Notes: generated by a model not told the origin, from the letters alone. A stretch of 64,000 nt of DNA from Candidatus Woesearchaeota archaeon (GCA_964354405.1 CAYGZP010000002.1:71671-135670); one strand, 5' to 3'. Shown: positions 1 to 10,317, counted from the first letter of the stretch. Numbers and translations are program-made.

Positions 1-17
1 ATAAGAAAAAGTGTAAA

Positions 18-278
18 ATGAAATATAAAGTAATAAAAGGCGAACATTATGAAAGCATTGAAAAGCCTTCAATGAAGGCTTTCTTAGAAACATTTGTTGG
101 AAAATCTCACGATTCACTTGATACACTTGTCAAAAATCTTAGTCCTAATTTTATTGTGAGATCTGAAGATAAAAAATTGATTGAAGAAGGATGCTTTGAA
201 AAAATTCCGGTTTATTATAAACCCACAGATTACATTGTTGTGTATATAACTAAAGAAAGAGAAGATTCTTTATTCTAA
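18..278 (+). CDS. hypothetical protein (86 aa)
   Basis: ATG after an A-rich leader; converges on the ppsA stop; no recognisable motif. Confidence 0.5.
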   Translation: MKYKVIKGEHYESIEKPSMKAFLETFVGKSHDSLDTLVKNLSPNFIVRSEDKKLIEEGCFEKIPVYYKPTDYIVVYITKEREDSLF

Positions 279-282
279 TTGT

Positions 283-2685
283 TCAATTGCTGTTAATCGC
301 TTCCCTTATCAGTTTTACAGAATCTATATTCGCTGAGATGCTCGAGATTCCTTTCTTAGCGAGAAAGCGAGCCATCTCCGCTCTCGAGCCAGCTTGCCCG
401 CATATGCTTGTCTTGACACAATAGGTTTTGCAAACGCTTATCACCATCTCCAATAATCTCAAAACTCCAGGATGCATTTCATCATACAATCTTGCTAAGC
501 GTTCATTATTCCTGTCAATTCCAAGAGTAAGCTGAGTCAAATCATTTGTCCCGAAGCTTATGAAATCTATGCCTTCTGCGCACAAATCCTCTATAATCAT
601 GCAGCTCGCAGGAGTTTCAATCATAACGCCAAACTCAACATCCTTGCGAGGCTCTAATCCAATTTCTCTGCACAATGCTTTGGCTTTCTTCACTTCCTCT
701 GTTCTTATGACAAAAGGAAGCATGATTCCAACATTTTTGTAGCCTTTATCATGCAAAATCTTTATTGCTTTGAACTCTGCTTTGAGAATTTCTTTGTCAT
801 CTAATCCTCTTCTGATGCCATGCCAACCGAGCATAGGATTGTCTTCTTCTGGCTCTTCGCCCGCGCCATTCAAATTTCTGTATTCATCTGTCCTTATATC
901 GCTTGTTCTAACCCAAACGCTTTTTCCTTGGAAAGCGTGAGCAATTTTCTCAATTCCGTCTGCTAAAAGCTGCGAATATTTATCAGTCTCGTGTTTTCTT
1001 ACATATTCTGAAGGATGAACCCCGCCCTTCGCTATAATAAATTCAACTCTCACAAGTCCAACACCATCAGCCCCAGTTGCAGCTGCTCTCTCTGCAACAT
1101 CCGGCAAATCACAATTAACCTTGACAAGAGTTCCTTGCTGCTCTCCTGCTCTCTCTTTCCTTTGCTTTGCCATCTCAAAAGCCTCGCGGACTTCAGGAGG
1201 AATTAACATCTGTGCTAAAGCCGGCTTTGGGGGGATGGTTACAGGTTTTGCCTCTGTCTTAGTTTTTTTTATCTCGCTTGCTTTTACCTCACCCTCATAA
1301 ATCTTGCCATTAGTTCCGTCGACAGTTACAATTGAGCCTTCTCGCAATACACTTGTTGCATTTTTTGTTCCTACAACACAGGGCAATCCAATCTCTCTTG
1401 AGACTATGGCAGCATGAGCAGTCAATCCGCCCTCGTCTGTAACAATTGCCTTGGCTCTCTGCATCGTAACAACCATGTCAGGATTAGTCATCTTAGTCAC
1501 AAGTATATCCCCTGCCTTAATCTTGTTCAAATCTTTCAAATCTTTGATTATCTTGACACTGCCGAAAGCAACTCCGTTTGAAGCAGCCAATCCTTCCAAA
1601 AGAACGCGGCCCTGAACCTCAAATTTCTTAGATTCTTTTTCTACAGTTGTCACGGGCCTGGATTGCACAATATAAATCTTGTTTTTTTCAATTGCCCATT
1701 CAATATCCTGCGGCCACTTGTAATGCTCTTCAATGTCTAATCCATAATTAGCCAAGCTTTTCAATTCCGAGTTAGTCAGAACTTCTTTGCTCTGCTCTTT
1801 CTCAGGAACTTCTTCCTTGATTGTATGCCCTTCTTCATCCTTGACAAAGCGCAATTTTTTTAGCCCGAGCCTTCTTTTTAATATCGCCAAGTTCTTTTTG
1901 TCAAGAACATAGCTATCGGGCTCGACTGTTCCCGAGACAACCCCCTCACCCAATCCAAAAACACTTTCGATAACAATCTCGTTTTTGTTATTAGTCAATG
2001 GATTGATAGTGAACATGACTCCTGATTTTTCCGAGTCAATCATCTTTTGAATCACAACAGCGATATAACTTGTCTCGTGGCTGAATCCTTTCTTCGTCCT
2101 GTAATAAATCGCTCGTGCAGTGAATAATGATGCCCAGCATTTCTTCACAGCCTCAAGCAGTTCTTCATTTCCTTTTATATTCAAAAAAGTCTCTTGCTGC
2201 CCTGCAAAGCTCGCAGTTGACAAGTCTTCTGTTGTCGCTGAGCTTCTGACGGCAACAAAGCATTGCTCGCCTTCAATCTCAGTAATGCTTAAAATGTCTC
2301 CGTCCTCTACTTTTTCTTCAACTTTATCTTTGTCAAGATTAAGATTGGGATAAGATTCCACAATTTCATCAGCGAGTTCTTTAGGCATCTCAACTGCTAC
2401 AATCATATTTCTGATCTCTTTTGCCTTAGTCTCAAGCTGAGTCGTGTTTTCCAGATCAATTGCATTTACAGTCTCAAGTATCTTATCTTTTATGCCTGTT
2501 TCGCGCAAAAATGTCACGAAAGCCTGTGCAGTTATAATAAAAGCCGGAGGAACAGGAAATCCAGAATTGAACATTTCAGCCAAGTTTGCTCCTTTGCCTC
2601 CTGCTATAGGGATGTCTTTCTTGCCTATTTCAGAAAGCCATACAATATTTCTCGAACCATCAACGACTTTTTGTGAATCGGTCAT
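283..2685 (-). CDS. ppsA: phosphoenolpyruvate synthase (pyruvate, water dikinase)
   Basis: GGKGANL, AVRSSATTED, SFAGQ, phospho-His TAHAAIVSRE, ENPMLG-like EDNPMLGWHG, SFGTNDLTQ, SICGQ. Start placed at MTDSQ (ORF track extends to 2712). Confidence 0.95.
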   Translation of the reverse strand: MTDSQKVVDGSRNIVWLSEIGKKDIPIAGGKGANLAEMFNSGFPVPPAFIITAQAFVTFLRETGIKDKILETVNAIDLENTTQLETKAKEIRNMIVAVEMPKELADEIVESYPNLNLDKDKVEEKVEDGDILSITEIEGEQCFVAVRSSATTEDLSTASFAGQQETFLNIKGNEELLEAVKKCWASLFTARAIYYRTKKGFSHETSYIAVVIQKMIDSEKSGVMFTINPLTNNKNEIVIESVFGLGEGVVSGTVEPDSYVLDKKNLAILKRRLGLKKLRFVKDEEGHTIKEEVPEKEQSKEVLTNSELKSLANYGLDIEEHYKWPQDIEWAIEKNKIYIVQSRPVTTVEKESKKFEVQGRVLLEGLAASNGVAFGSVKIIKDLKDLNKIKAGDILVTKMTNPDMVVTMQRAKAIVTDEGGLTAHAAIVSREIGLPCVVGTKNATSVLREGSIVTVDGTNGKIYEGEVKASEIKKTKTEAKPVTIPPKPALAQMLIPPEVREAFEMAKQRKERAGEQQGTLVKVNCDLPDVAERAAATGADGVGLVRVEFIIAKGGVHPSEYVRKHETDKYSQLLADGIEKIAHAFQGKSVWVRTSDIRTDEYRNLNGAGEEPEEDNPMLGWHGIRRGLDDKEILKAEFKAIKILHDKGYKNVGIMLPFVIRTEEVKKAKALCREIGLEPRKDVEFGVMIETPASCMIIEDLCAEGIDFISFGTNDLTQLTLGIDRNNERLARLYDEMHPGVLRLLEMVISVCKTYCVKTSICGQAGSRAEMARFLAKKGISSISANIDSVKLIREAINSN

Positions 2686-2757
2686 CTTGCTTCCTCTTTT
2701 ATAACGATACAAATAAGAAAAAGAGATATTTAAATTTAACTCGCTTTTTATTTCTGC

Positions 2758-3291
2758 TCACTTCTTGATTTCTTCCACGACTACAGATTTGCTTCCGGGC
2801 AGCTTTGTCTTAATATCATTGAAAATTTCCCTGACAAAAACTATTGCTTCTTTATGACATGCCACTATAAAAATTGCCCTCCCTTTGCTTATCTGGGCCG
2901 CGACCCCTACAGGTTTCCCAAAGCTCAATTGCATGCCCGTCTGCATTCTGTCTGCTCCAGCTCCAGTCAACATCTTGTTCTCGCGCAAGATATGATGAGG
3001 ATAAACACTCACAGCAAAATAGAAATTGCCCTTGAATTTTTCTTCCAAAGCTCGATGACCCCATTGTCTTGCAGATTCTATTGCATTGTCCCTTAGCTGT
3101 ATGGCTTCATTCATAATCAAAGAAACTTTCCATTCATATTTCCCTTGCTCAAACCCAGAGACATCGCCCATGCTAAACTTGGCGATTTTCAAAGGAGGGA
3201 TGGTTTTGACATAGCTTTTGCTCCTTACTTTAGACTTTCGAGTATAACTTCTCTTCACAGTTGTATAACAATGTCCTTTTCTTAGTCCCAT
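2758..3291 (-). CDS. rpl10e: 50S ribosomal protein L10e (uL16)
   Basis: YPHHILRENKM..GAGADRMQTGM..SFGKPVG signature; start at MGLRK. Confidence 0.95.
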   Translation of the reverse strand: MGLRKGHCYTTVKRSYTRKSKVRSKSYVKTIPPLKIAKFSMGDVSGFEQGKYEWKVSLIMNEAIQLRDNAIESARQWGHRALEEKFKGNFYFAVSVYPHHILRENKMLTGAGADRMQTGMQLSFGKPVGVAAQISKGRAIFIVACHKEAIVFVREIFNDIKTKLPGSKSVVVEEIKK

Positions 3292-3335
3292 AAGAATTTT
3301 ATATAACAAGTATTTTTAAAGCTTTCTCGAGAGCT

Positions 3336-5264
3336 TTATCCGAACAAATGCCACAGTTTAACAAAGAATTTTTCTACAGGATTGACATCCTTTACAACAA
3401 AAACAAGTTCTTGTGAAGTCTCATAACTCTTGTTATTCTTGTCTTCATAAGTCAGTTTAAGGGAGATGGGATTCTCGCCAAGGTTCATTTTCCAGGTTTT
3501 CATCTCTACAGGAAGCACATTTGGGCCCTTTTTCAAAAATATAATCTGCTGTTCCTGATATTTCCCATTGTCTATGAAAAGTCTTGCATTTAATGCCATG
3601 TTAGATTCCACGATAAGGTTCATCGGGCCTGTCGAGCCATATCTTGCCCCTATATTTTGCACAGAAGTTATATTTACTTGGGGCGATGACAATAATTTCA
3701 TGTCGATACATGAAACCGCCAAGACATCTCTGTATTCTCTTGTTATTATGCATAACACAAGACATTGCATTTGTAAGGAGTCATTGCCTCTGACAGCAGG
3801 CACTTCCAAGGCAATTTGTTCAATCTGATTCTTGTGTAAAGTCAAATTCTGGCATATCTTCTGATTGCACACGCTGACTCGGGTTTCTTTAGAGCTTCTT
3901 GCATTACAAATCACAGAGACATTTTCATATTCGTAATAAAATTCCTTGTCAGCCTTGCAGTAAAAATCTATCTCGCTTTCTGCCTTGCCGTAAATCTTGC
4001 TGTAAGCTCTCACAACTTCCTGAACTTCCTGCAGAGTCATTCTTGGTTTGTCTCTTCCAATCAATATTGTTGTCTCATCTTTGTTGCCAAATGCATCTTC
4101 AACAGCGATAGTAGCAATGCATTCCTTGCCACATTCTTCTAGATTTTCAGAATCAGGGATGCTTATAATGAAAAAAACTCTTGTCTCGCTGTTTGGTTTC
4201 AAGAAAACAATTTTTTCCTGCTCGCCGAAAACTCCTGGTGCCACAGAAACTCGCACAGGAACCGAGACATAATAATCTCCAAGATTCTCCACAGTAACTT
4301 CAAGAGGCACATAACCATTGAAATCCGATTTCTCACGATATGAAAAAGCCTCGAGCTCGATAGGCAAAGAGGTTTTTTCCTGAGTTTCAATAATGGATGT
4401 ATCAATCTTCAACGCGCTTACATCAATCTGGCCGCTGTAATAATATTCTACACTCGAGCCCACATCCAAGCTCTTTTTCATCACAACGTGGCTTGAATCA
4501 AGCCAACCATACTGCCCGAATGTGACATCATAAGGAATCCATCCATCGCCACCATCCCCAGGCAACCACACTTCAGCCCACGCATGTTCTCTAAGCATCT
4601 TGTCTTTGCCAGAATAAGCAACCCCCGAGACAAACCTCGCAGGCAATCCCAGCGAGCGCGCAAGGGCAATAAACAATATAGTAAAATGCGAGCAAACTCC
4701 TTGTTTATTCTGCATAATCCACGAAGAGTTCTGCATATCTTGTTGTTGTATACTATAATTCATGTTTCTTCGGACATACTCAGCAAGATTATAGAGAGTT
4801 TCAACAGCATCGCTCACCGCGAGTTGTTTCGCCTTATTTCTGATGTAAGGATCCATCACAACAAATCTTGATTCTTCTGTATAATCTTGAAACTCAGAAG
4901 GAATACTAATACCAGTCAAAGATAAATTCTCCTTTAGTTCTTTCAGGAAAAATTCTGTTTCAACAATCGAGTTTACCTTAAACACCAGCGAGCCTGTTTC
5001 ATTAAAATTAAAAATTATTGAATTGCCATCTATTTGAGCTTCAGGAATTGTCATCAAGCTGACTTTTTGATTTTCATCATCGCGGGGAAACAAAGTAAGA
5101 TTAGCAATAATCTTTGTCGCGCTGCTCTGGATTGTGCTTGAAACATTCATTGACAAGGTCAATTTCTTCGTGCTCAAATTAAATTCCTGGGCAAATACAG
5201 GAACTATCGCAAAGAGATAAGTGAATACAATGAACACCCCCATAATCAAAAATCGCTTTTCCAT
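3336..5264 (-). CDS. secreted transglutaminase-like domain protein
   Basis: Signal peptide; Cys-His-Asp triad motifs GVCSHF, HAWAEV, WIPYDVT; beta-rich C-terminal domains. Confidence 0.85.
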   Translation of the reverse strand: MEKRFLIMGVFIVFTYLFAIVPVFAQEFNLSTKKLTLSMNVSSTIQSSATKIIANLTLFPRDDENQKVSLMTIPEAQIDGNSIIFNFNETGSLVFKVNSIVETEFFLKELKENLSLTGISIPSEFQDYTEESRFVVMDPYIRNKAKQLAVSDAVETLYNLAEYVRRNMNYSIQQQDMQNSSWIMQNKQGVCSHFTILFIALARSLGLPARFVSGVAYSGKDKMLREHAWAEVWLPGDGGDGWIPYDVTFGQYGWLDSSHVVMKKSLDVGSSVEYYYSGQIDVSALKIDTSIIETQEKTSLPIELEAFSYREKSDFNGYVPLEVTVENLGDYYVSVPVRVSVAPGVFGEQEKIVFLKPNSETRVFFIISIPDSENLEECGKECIATIAVEDAFGNKDETTILIGRDKPRMTLQEVQEVVRAYSKIYGKAESEIDFYCKADKEFYYEYENVSVICNARSSKETRVSVCNQKICQNLTLHKNQIEQIALEVPAVRGNDSLQMQCLVLCIITREYRDVLAVSCIDMKLLSSPQVNITSVQNIGARYGSTGPMNLIVESNMALNARLFIDNGKYQEQQIIFLKKGPNVLPVEMKTWKMNLGENPISLKLTYEDKNNKSYETSQELVFVVKDVNPVEKFFVKLWHLFG

Positions 5265-5284
5265 TTTATTTTATCACTCTTTTT

Positions 5285-6229
5285 TTATTTTTTCAATTTA
5301 TCTAACAGCGAAGCATATAATAAAGGCAGCGCGATAGTTGCATCACAAAATACATCTACGAACTTAGCTTTGGAAGACATTTTGCCCCAACTAATCCCTT
5401 CTTTCAGGGGCGCTCCGCTCGAGCCTCCTGGCTCTGCCCTGTCCGTAGTAATTTGCACTCCGAAACTTGCAGGTTTAGTGAATTGCAGAGCCTGCTGAAT
5501 ATAATTTTTAGGCACTCCTCCGCCGACATATAAAATCGCAGTTTTCTTCGAGCCCCATGACAACTCGATAATCTCGGCCAAATCCTTGAAGAAATCTAAA
5601 GATATTTTTTTCTTTCTGATAAGTTGGCCCCAAACCATGAGTCCTATGCCAGAATCAGTCAATGCAGGACAGAATATAGGAATCTTGCGCTCGTAACATG
5701 TTTTTAAAATCGATTTGCCAGGAATAAGCTCGCCAAGTTTCCATAAAAATTCTCGAGGCGATTTTGTTTTACTCAATTCATCAAAATTCTGTGTGAAAAA
5801 ATCTTCTGTGGCATCATAAACTTCCTCTTTCATGAATACATTATAAATTCTATCAATTTTTTTCTTATTAAGCTCGACATCATCGATATTCGCCGAACCC
5901 TGATAATGATTAAATCCAAGAGCTTCAATCAAGTCATGAGTTAAATTCGCGCCTGTCGTGACAAACACATCCACTAACTTTTTGTCTAACATATCTATGA
6001 TTATCTCCCTCATTCCGCCAGGAACAAGAGCTCCTGCCATGCCGAAGAAAACTTTGCATTCTTTATCATTGACAGCAATCTCAAGTATCTCAGAAGCCTC
6101 TCCGAGAGCCTTTGCATTAAAGCCGATATCTTTCATTCCCGCTACAAGCTCGCTCGCCTTCATTCCCCTTGTAATCTTGAGATGCTTTATTGGCTTGAAT
6201 TCCGCCTTATCCTTCACCTTGTCTTTCAT
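5285..6229 (-). CDS. dys: deoxyhypusine synthase
   Basis: TTGANLTHD, FCPALTDS, GGGVPKN, GGSSGA..EGISWGK (active-site Lys), DATIALP. Confidence 0.93.
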   Translation of the reverse strand: MKDKVKDKAEFKPIKHLKITRGMKASELVAGMKDIGFNAKALGEASEILEIAVNDKECKVFFGMAGALVPGGMREIIIDMLDKKLVDVFVTTGANLTHDLIEALGFNHYQGSANIDDVELNKKKIDRIYNVFMKEEVYDATEDFFTQNFDELSKTKSPREFLWKLGELIPGKSILKTCYERKIPIFCPALTDSGIGLMVWGQLIRKKKISLDFFKDLAEIIELSWGSKKTAILYVGGGVPKNYIQQALQFTKPASFGVQITTDRAEPGGSSGAPLKEGISWGKMSSKAKFVDVFCDATIALPLLYASLLDKLKK

Positions 6230-6276
6230 AATATATTTTACAGTAAAATTAAATTTTTAAACGTTTGGCACATTGA

Positions 6277-6915
6277 ATGATGATGGAAAAGGGGAAAGAA
6301 AAGAAAGAAAAAGAAGGAGAGGAAGAAAAAGACAAACTCGAAAGAACTGTGTTATATATTGGCTTGGATGATTCAAACCATGCATGGAACAAGAAAATCG
6401 GAGAGGTTGTAGCCGCAGTTTTTTCTTTTAATTGTGAGGATAGTGTTATTAAGAGACACCCGCACACAAGAGACTCGAGTTTTGTCAATAAATGGTTCAA
6501 AAATCCTAACCGAGATTACTTATTTGCCATTCTTACAAGAGAGGAATTCAGGCACACGTCAACTAATCTTCCTTATGCTGCGCATTATGTAATCGAACAT
6601 TACTTAAAAAATAATACAGATTATGCTTCAAAAATAGAGATGTACCTCGATGGTTGGATTAGATCCTGGCAGAAAGAGCGCCTTAAAGAACATTTTAATT
6701 ATATTAAAGACTGTCCTCGGATAACCATCCGCAATTTCCCAAAAAAGAAAGGGGTTCATGAGTGTCCTACAGTTGTGTATGTCGCGGACATTCAGGCGCG
6801 AAGGCTTTTCCGGACTCCACTAGAAAAGTTGAATGAAAATCCAGGATTGATAACAGTCCCATTCAATGAAGAAATCTTCAACAAATATCGTTACAAGTAT
6901 TGTCGTTACAAGTAA
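6277..6915 (+). CDS. RNase H-like fold hypothetical protein
   Basis: Acidic pattern YIGLDDS ... YLDG ... VADIQA resembles RNase H-superfamily catalytic residues. Confidence 0.5.
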   Translation: MMMEKGKEKKEKEGEEEKDKLERTVLYIGLDDSNHAWNKKIGEVVAAVFSFNCEDSVIKRHPHTRDSSFVNKWFKNPNRDYLFAILTREEFRHTSTNLPYAAHYVIEHYLKNNTDYASKIEMYLDGWIRSWQKERLKEHFNYIKDCPRITIRNFPKKKGVHECPTVVYVADIQARRLFRTPLEKLNENPGLITVPFNEEIFNKYRYKYCRYK

Positions 6916-6932
6916 AATTGTTACACGTAACC

Positions 6933-7976
6933 TCATCTCATCAGTCTAAGAAGATTCTCGCGGAATCTTGGCAAATCCTCAACTTGGGCTGTTGCTCCGC
7001 ATGCTTTTTCATGCCCGCCGCAAGTGCTTTCAATGTTCTCAAGCGCTTTTGTTGTCAAGTCTCGAATGTTAATATTGCCTCTTATAGAAATATTTGCCTT
7101 GGAGCCTCTGATATAAGCCACTACAATAATTCTATCAGGAAATCTATAGATGAGCTCGTTAGAAATCTCCGAGCTCAAGCTCAAATCCCCCCCATACTGG
7201 AAAAATAAAAGTTTTCTGTGAATCTTGGCAAGTTCCTTAGCTCGCTCGATGATTTTTTCATATCTCCTTCCTATTTGCTTGTATCTTCTGTGTATCGAGG
7301 CAGTTTTAGGAGTCACATCAAGAATCTCCCGAGGACTCTTGATTGTCAGCAAGTTCTTTAACATCTTGACAACATTACTCGTTCTGTCCTTGAGCGCAAA
7401 GTTCAACATTTTGATTATCTTGCCTAAATCTGTTTCGTACAATGCTCGCGCTGGATTCTGGGTAAAAGTGAACAAATCCGAGTATTCCTTGGCAAAATCT
7501 TCCGCGAACTCAGGGATAAACCAGTCTGACAAGCATCCCATAAGCGCAATCCACTCATCTTCTTTTTTCTTCACAACCTTATAACACAAGTAAGATGTAG
7601 GAAAATTGCTCTTGGCATCGTTGAGCAAAGGATTGAAATAATGGATTCCTTCTTCATTGTGATACTCGGGAACAGGATGATGGTCTATCCAGATTATAGG
7701 AATATTCCTCTGATGAGCTTCATCTCTGAACTCTTTGTCTATAAGCGGCTTGTCCAAAACAAAAATATAATCTGGCTTGAATTCTTCTAATTTTCTCGCA
7801 TATGCCACATTCAATTGAGGGAAGCTCTTGATGGCAATTCCCTTGCCCTTATCACAGAATCTTCTCAACAGCAAAAAACTTGCCAGTCCATCAACATCAT
7901 TGTCAAAAAAGAATACCGGGTTCTGGGCGCGCTCAAGATAATCTCTGATTTCTTCAAATTGTTTTTGGCTGAGCAT
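6933..7976 (-). CDS. DHH-DHHA1 family phosphoesterase (NrnA/RecJ-like)
   Basis: DNDVDG, VLDKP, WIDHH, SIRG and GGHEKACG motifs. Confidence 0.9.
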   Translation of the reverse strand: MLSQKQFEEIRDYLERAQNPVFFFDNDVDGLASFLLLRRFCDKGKGIAIKSFPQLNVAYARKLEEFKPDYIFVLDKPLIDKEFRDEAHQRNIPIIWIDHHPVPEYHNEEGIHYFNPLLNDAKSNFPTSYLCYKVVKKKEDEWIALMGCLSDWFIPEFAEDFAKEYSDLFTFTQNPARALYETDLGKIIKMLNFALKDRTSNVVKMLKNLLTIKSPREILDVTPKTASIHRRYKQIGRRYEKIIERAKELAKIHRKLLFFQYGGDLSLSSEISNELIYRFPDRIIVVAYIRGSKANISIRGNINIRDLTTKALENIESTCGGHEKACGATAQVEDLPRFRENLLRLMR

Positions 7977-8023
7977 TTTTTATTTTAGTTTTTGCTTAAA
8001 GATTTTTTAAATCTTTACTTCAA

Positions 8024-9133
8024 TTAAATCTTTTTTCCTATCAACGCTTGCTCTTTCAAATTCTCAAGATCTTTGACAAGTTTTCTCGTGTCTTTTTCTC
8101 CAATAAGCCCTGTAAGTTTGCTCGACTGCACGCTTAAAGTATCAATCAAAGCTTGCAAGTTCCCAAAAGTTTCCATAAGTCTCTCGACAGACTCGTGGCT
8201 TATTGAAGTTTTGCTCAATAATCTATAACCTTTTGGTTTGACGGAGTCAGTTATACTTGAATAAAGCAGGATCTGCGCGATATTGCTGGGCTCGAGCAAT
8301 TCATCTAAAGATAATGATGGCAACGCGGTCTTAGAAAAATCCCAATTTCTGCTATAGTCTTTCAAAAGCAAATCTTTCTCTTTCTCCAAATCTTTTATAA
8401 CCTCTTTCAAGAGCATCTTGACAAGGTTTCCCTCGACTCCTAATTCAATGATATATTTTTTTATTGTCCTTGCGATTCTCGATATGATTTCCATTCGCTG
8501 TATGCACAAAGCAACTTCATTGAGGGTTATGAAATTTGTAAATTCAAGAATATTCAAGTTCACGAGCAACTCATTCAAGATTTCTCGATGTTTTTCCAAC
8601 ATTCTCAGAGTTTCAGTAGCCTTGCTCAATATCTCTTCAGAGCTTCTGAGGACATATCTTGTGTTTTTGTAATATAATGTTATAGTTTTTCTTCTTTCCG
8701 AGACTGCTATAACCGGCCTTGTTGTCTGTTTGGCTGTTCTTTCAGCTGCTCTGTGTCTTGTTCCTGTTTCATTAGTATCGATGTTCGCATCCGGCACAAG
8801 CTGGGTGTTGCAGCAAACAATTTTTTTCAAATCATCAGAGAGAATTATAGCACCATCCATCTTGCAAAGCTCAACAAGTTGCTGAGGAGTAAATTTAGAG
8901 CCAATTTTTATGCCGCCGTTAGTAATCTTAAGCACTTCAGGAGAATCTCCCAACACAATCAACGCACCCATCCCCGCACGGGCGATATCTTCTATGGCAG
9001 CGCGCAAATATGTTCCGGGAGTCATTGGCTTTAAAACACTCAAAAGCTCCTCGAACTCTCTCTCTTTCTTCTCATCTTCCAGGGCTTTAAGCTCAAGCTC
9101 TTCCTTAAACTCCTCTTCTTTTTTGTCAGTCAT
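8024..9133 (-). CDS. disA: DisA-type diadenylate cyclase (DAC + linker + HhH-like C-terminus)
   Basis: KMDGAIIL (DGA) and ETGTRHRAAER (RHR) motifs; ELGVEGNLV linker; PKGYRLL..FGNLQ C-terminal region. Confidence 0.9.
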   Translation of the reverse strand: MTDKKEEEFKEELELKALEDEKKEREFEELLSVLKPMTPGTYLRAAIEDIARAGMGALIVLGDSPEVLKITNGGIKIGSKFTPQQLVELCKMDGAIILSDDLKKIVCCNTQLVPDANIDTNETGTRHRAAERTAKQTTRPVIAVSERRKTITLYYKNTRYVLRSSEEILSKATETLRMLEKHREILNELLVNLNILEFTNFITLNEVALCIQRMEIISRIARTIKKYIIELGVEGNLVKMLLKEVIKDLEKEKDLLLKDYSRNWDFSKTALPSLSLDELLEPSNIAQILLYSSITDSVKPKGYRLLSKTSISHESVERLMETFGNLQALIDTLSVQSSKLTGLIGEKDTRKLVKDLENLKEQALIGKKI

Positions 9134-9284
9134 TTTTGTCAGTCATCCTACATCACATTTCAAAAATAAAAAATCCTTAAATATCTTTCTATTAATTTAC
9201 AAATTTACATTAAAGTTTAGAATGCCTATACTTCTACTAAATCTACTAAAATTTCCATCGAGAAAATCCCCGAGTTAGCTCAGC

Positions 9285-9479
9285 TTATTGCCCTCTTGCT
9301 TTTTCTAATCCTTCCCTATAGCTTCTTTTTTCTTCAGCATCACTATCCACCTCAACCATAACCTGCTCTGCGCTAGGAGTTGGATTTACAGTGCCTGTCT
9401 TGCCGCAAAATGGGCATCTCAAGGGCTGTTTCTGATTTTCAAACCTATAGTTGCAAGAGTCACATTGATATTCTGCCAT
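9285..9479 (-). CDS. small zinc-ribbon protein
   Basis: CDSC-x12-CPFC. Confidence 0.75.
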   Translation of the reverse strand: MAEYQCDSCNYRFENQKQPLRCPFCGKTGTVNPTPSAEQVMVEVDSDAEEKRSYREGLEKARGQ

Positions 9480-9588
9480 TTTTTTCTTTTCTATCTATCC
9501 TCGTTTATTATTTTACTTATTTTTAACATCGCCAAACTATTTATAGTTTTCTTTAGTAAACTGCTATAATAAATTTTCAAGAAAACAC

Positions 9589-9678
9589 CTAAAAGTCAGC
9601 AATAAGAACAATAGTGAGAGCAGTAATAGCTAAAATAAGGATAACCACAATCGCTTTTTCCACACCCTTTTTATTCAT
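9589..9678 (-). CDS. 29-aa peptide with class III (prepilin-type) signal, not in ORF track
   Basis: MNKKG/VEKAIVVILILAITALTIVLIADF*; TATA-like TTTATAAA about 25 bp upstream of the ATG. Confidence 0.5.
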   Translation of the reverse strand: MNKKGVEKAIVVILILAITALTIVLIADF

Positions 9679-9735
9679 CTTAATATTAAACCAAGACAAT
9701 TTATAAATTTTCTCTATCTCTATTCTTATCTATTC

Positions 9736-10317
9736 TTATTTTCCTTGTCTATCATGAGCTCGTAAAGATGGCCTGACTTTTATCGCCCTTGCGCCTTTCT
9801 TTCTCAATCCGCGAGACTTGCGCGCCGCGCTCGTAAGTCCTCTGAAAACTCTCGCATTGTGCTTCTCGCTTAAAATCCAGTTGATATTTTTATCACTGGC
9901 AATTTCTGGGCGAGATGGATCAACTAAGATTATCTCAAAAAAGTAATTTATTCCATCTTGGCCTATCCAATATGAATTCAACACCTCCAAGTTTGGGAAC
10001 TTTCTAGCAACTCGCTGCTCAGCAATCCATCGATAATTCATCTTCAGAGTTTTGCGGATAGTCTGTCTTTTGCTTCTTCTTCCAGTACATCTTCGTGGTC
10101 TTGTTCTTCCTCCTCTTAAAATGCGCACTCGGACAACAACAAAACCTTGCTTGGCTTTATAACCCAAAGCTCTGGCTTTATCAAGTCGCAAAGGTTTCTC
10201 AACTCTTACAACTGTTTCGCCTTTCCTCCATTCAATTAACCTTGATCTCCATAAATCTCCAAGGTTTTCTTGGGGCTTTTTCCACAGCGCTTTCATATAA
10301 GAATAACTACTTCTCAT
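9736..10317 (-). CDS. rpl15e: 50S ribosomal protein L15e
   Basis: RLDKARALGYKAKQG, NLEVLNSYW, FRGLTSA signatures. Confidence 0.97.
   Translation of the reverse strand: MRSSYSYMKALWKKPQENLGDLWRSRLIEWRKGETVVRVEKPLRLDKARALGYKAKQGFVVVRVRILRGGRTRPRRCTGRRSKRQTIRKTLKMNYRWIAEQRVARKFPNLEVLNSYWIGQDGINYFFEIILVDPSRPEIASDKNINWILSEKHNARVFRGLTSAARKSRGLRKKGARAIKVRPSLRAHDRQGK

Noticed and set aside
6888..6931. TCGTTACAAGTA duplication and GTTACACGTAAC near-palindrome at convergent gene ends
   Set aside because: Too short to separate from local slippage or chance; no copies noticed elsewhere.
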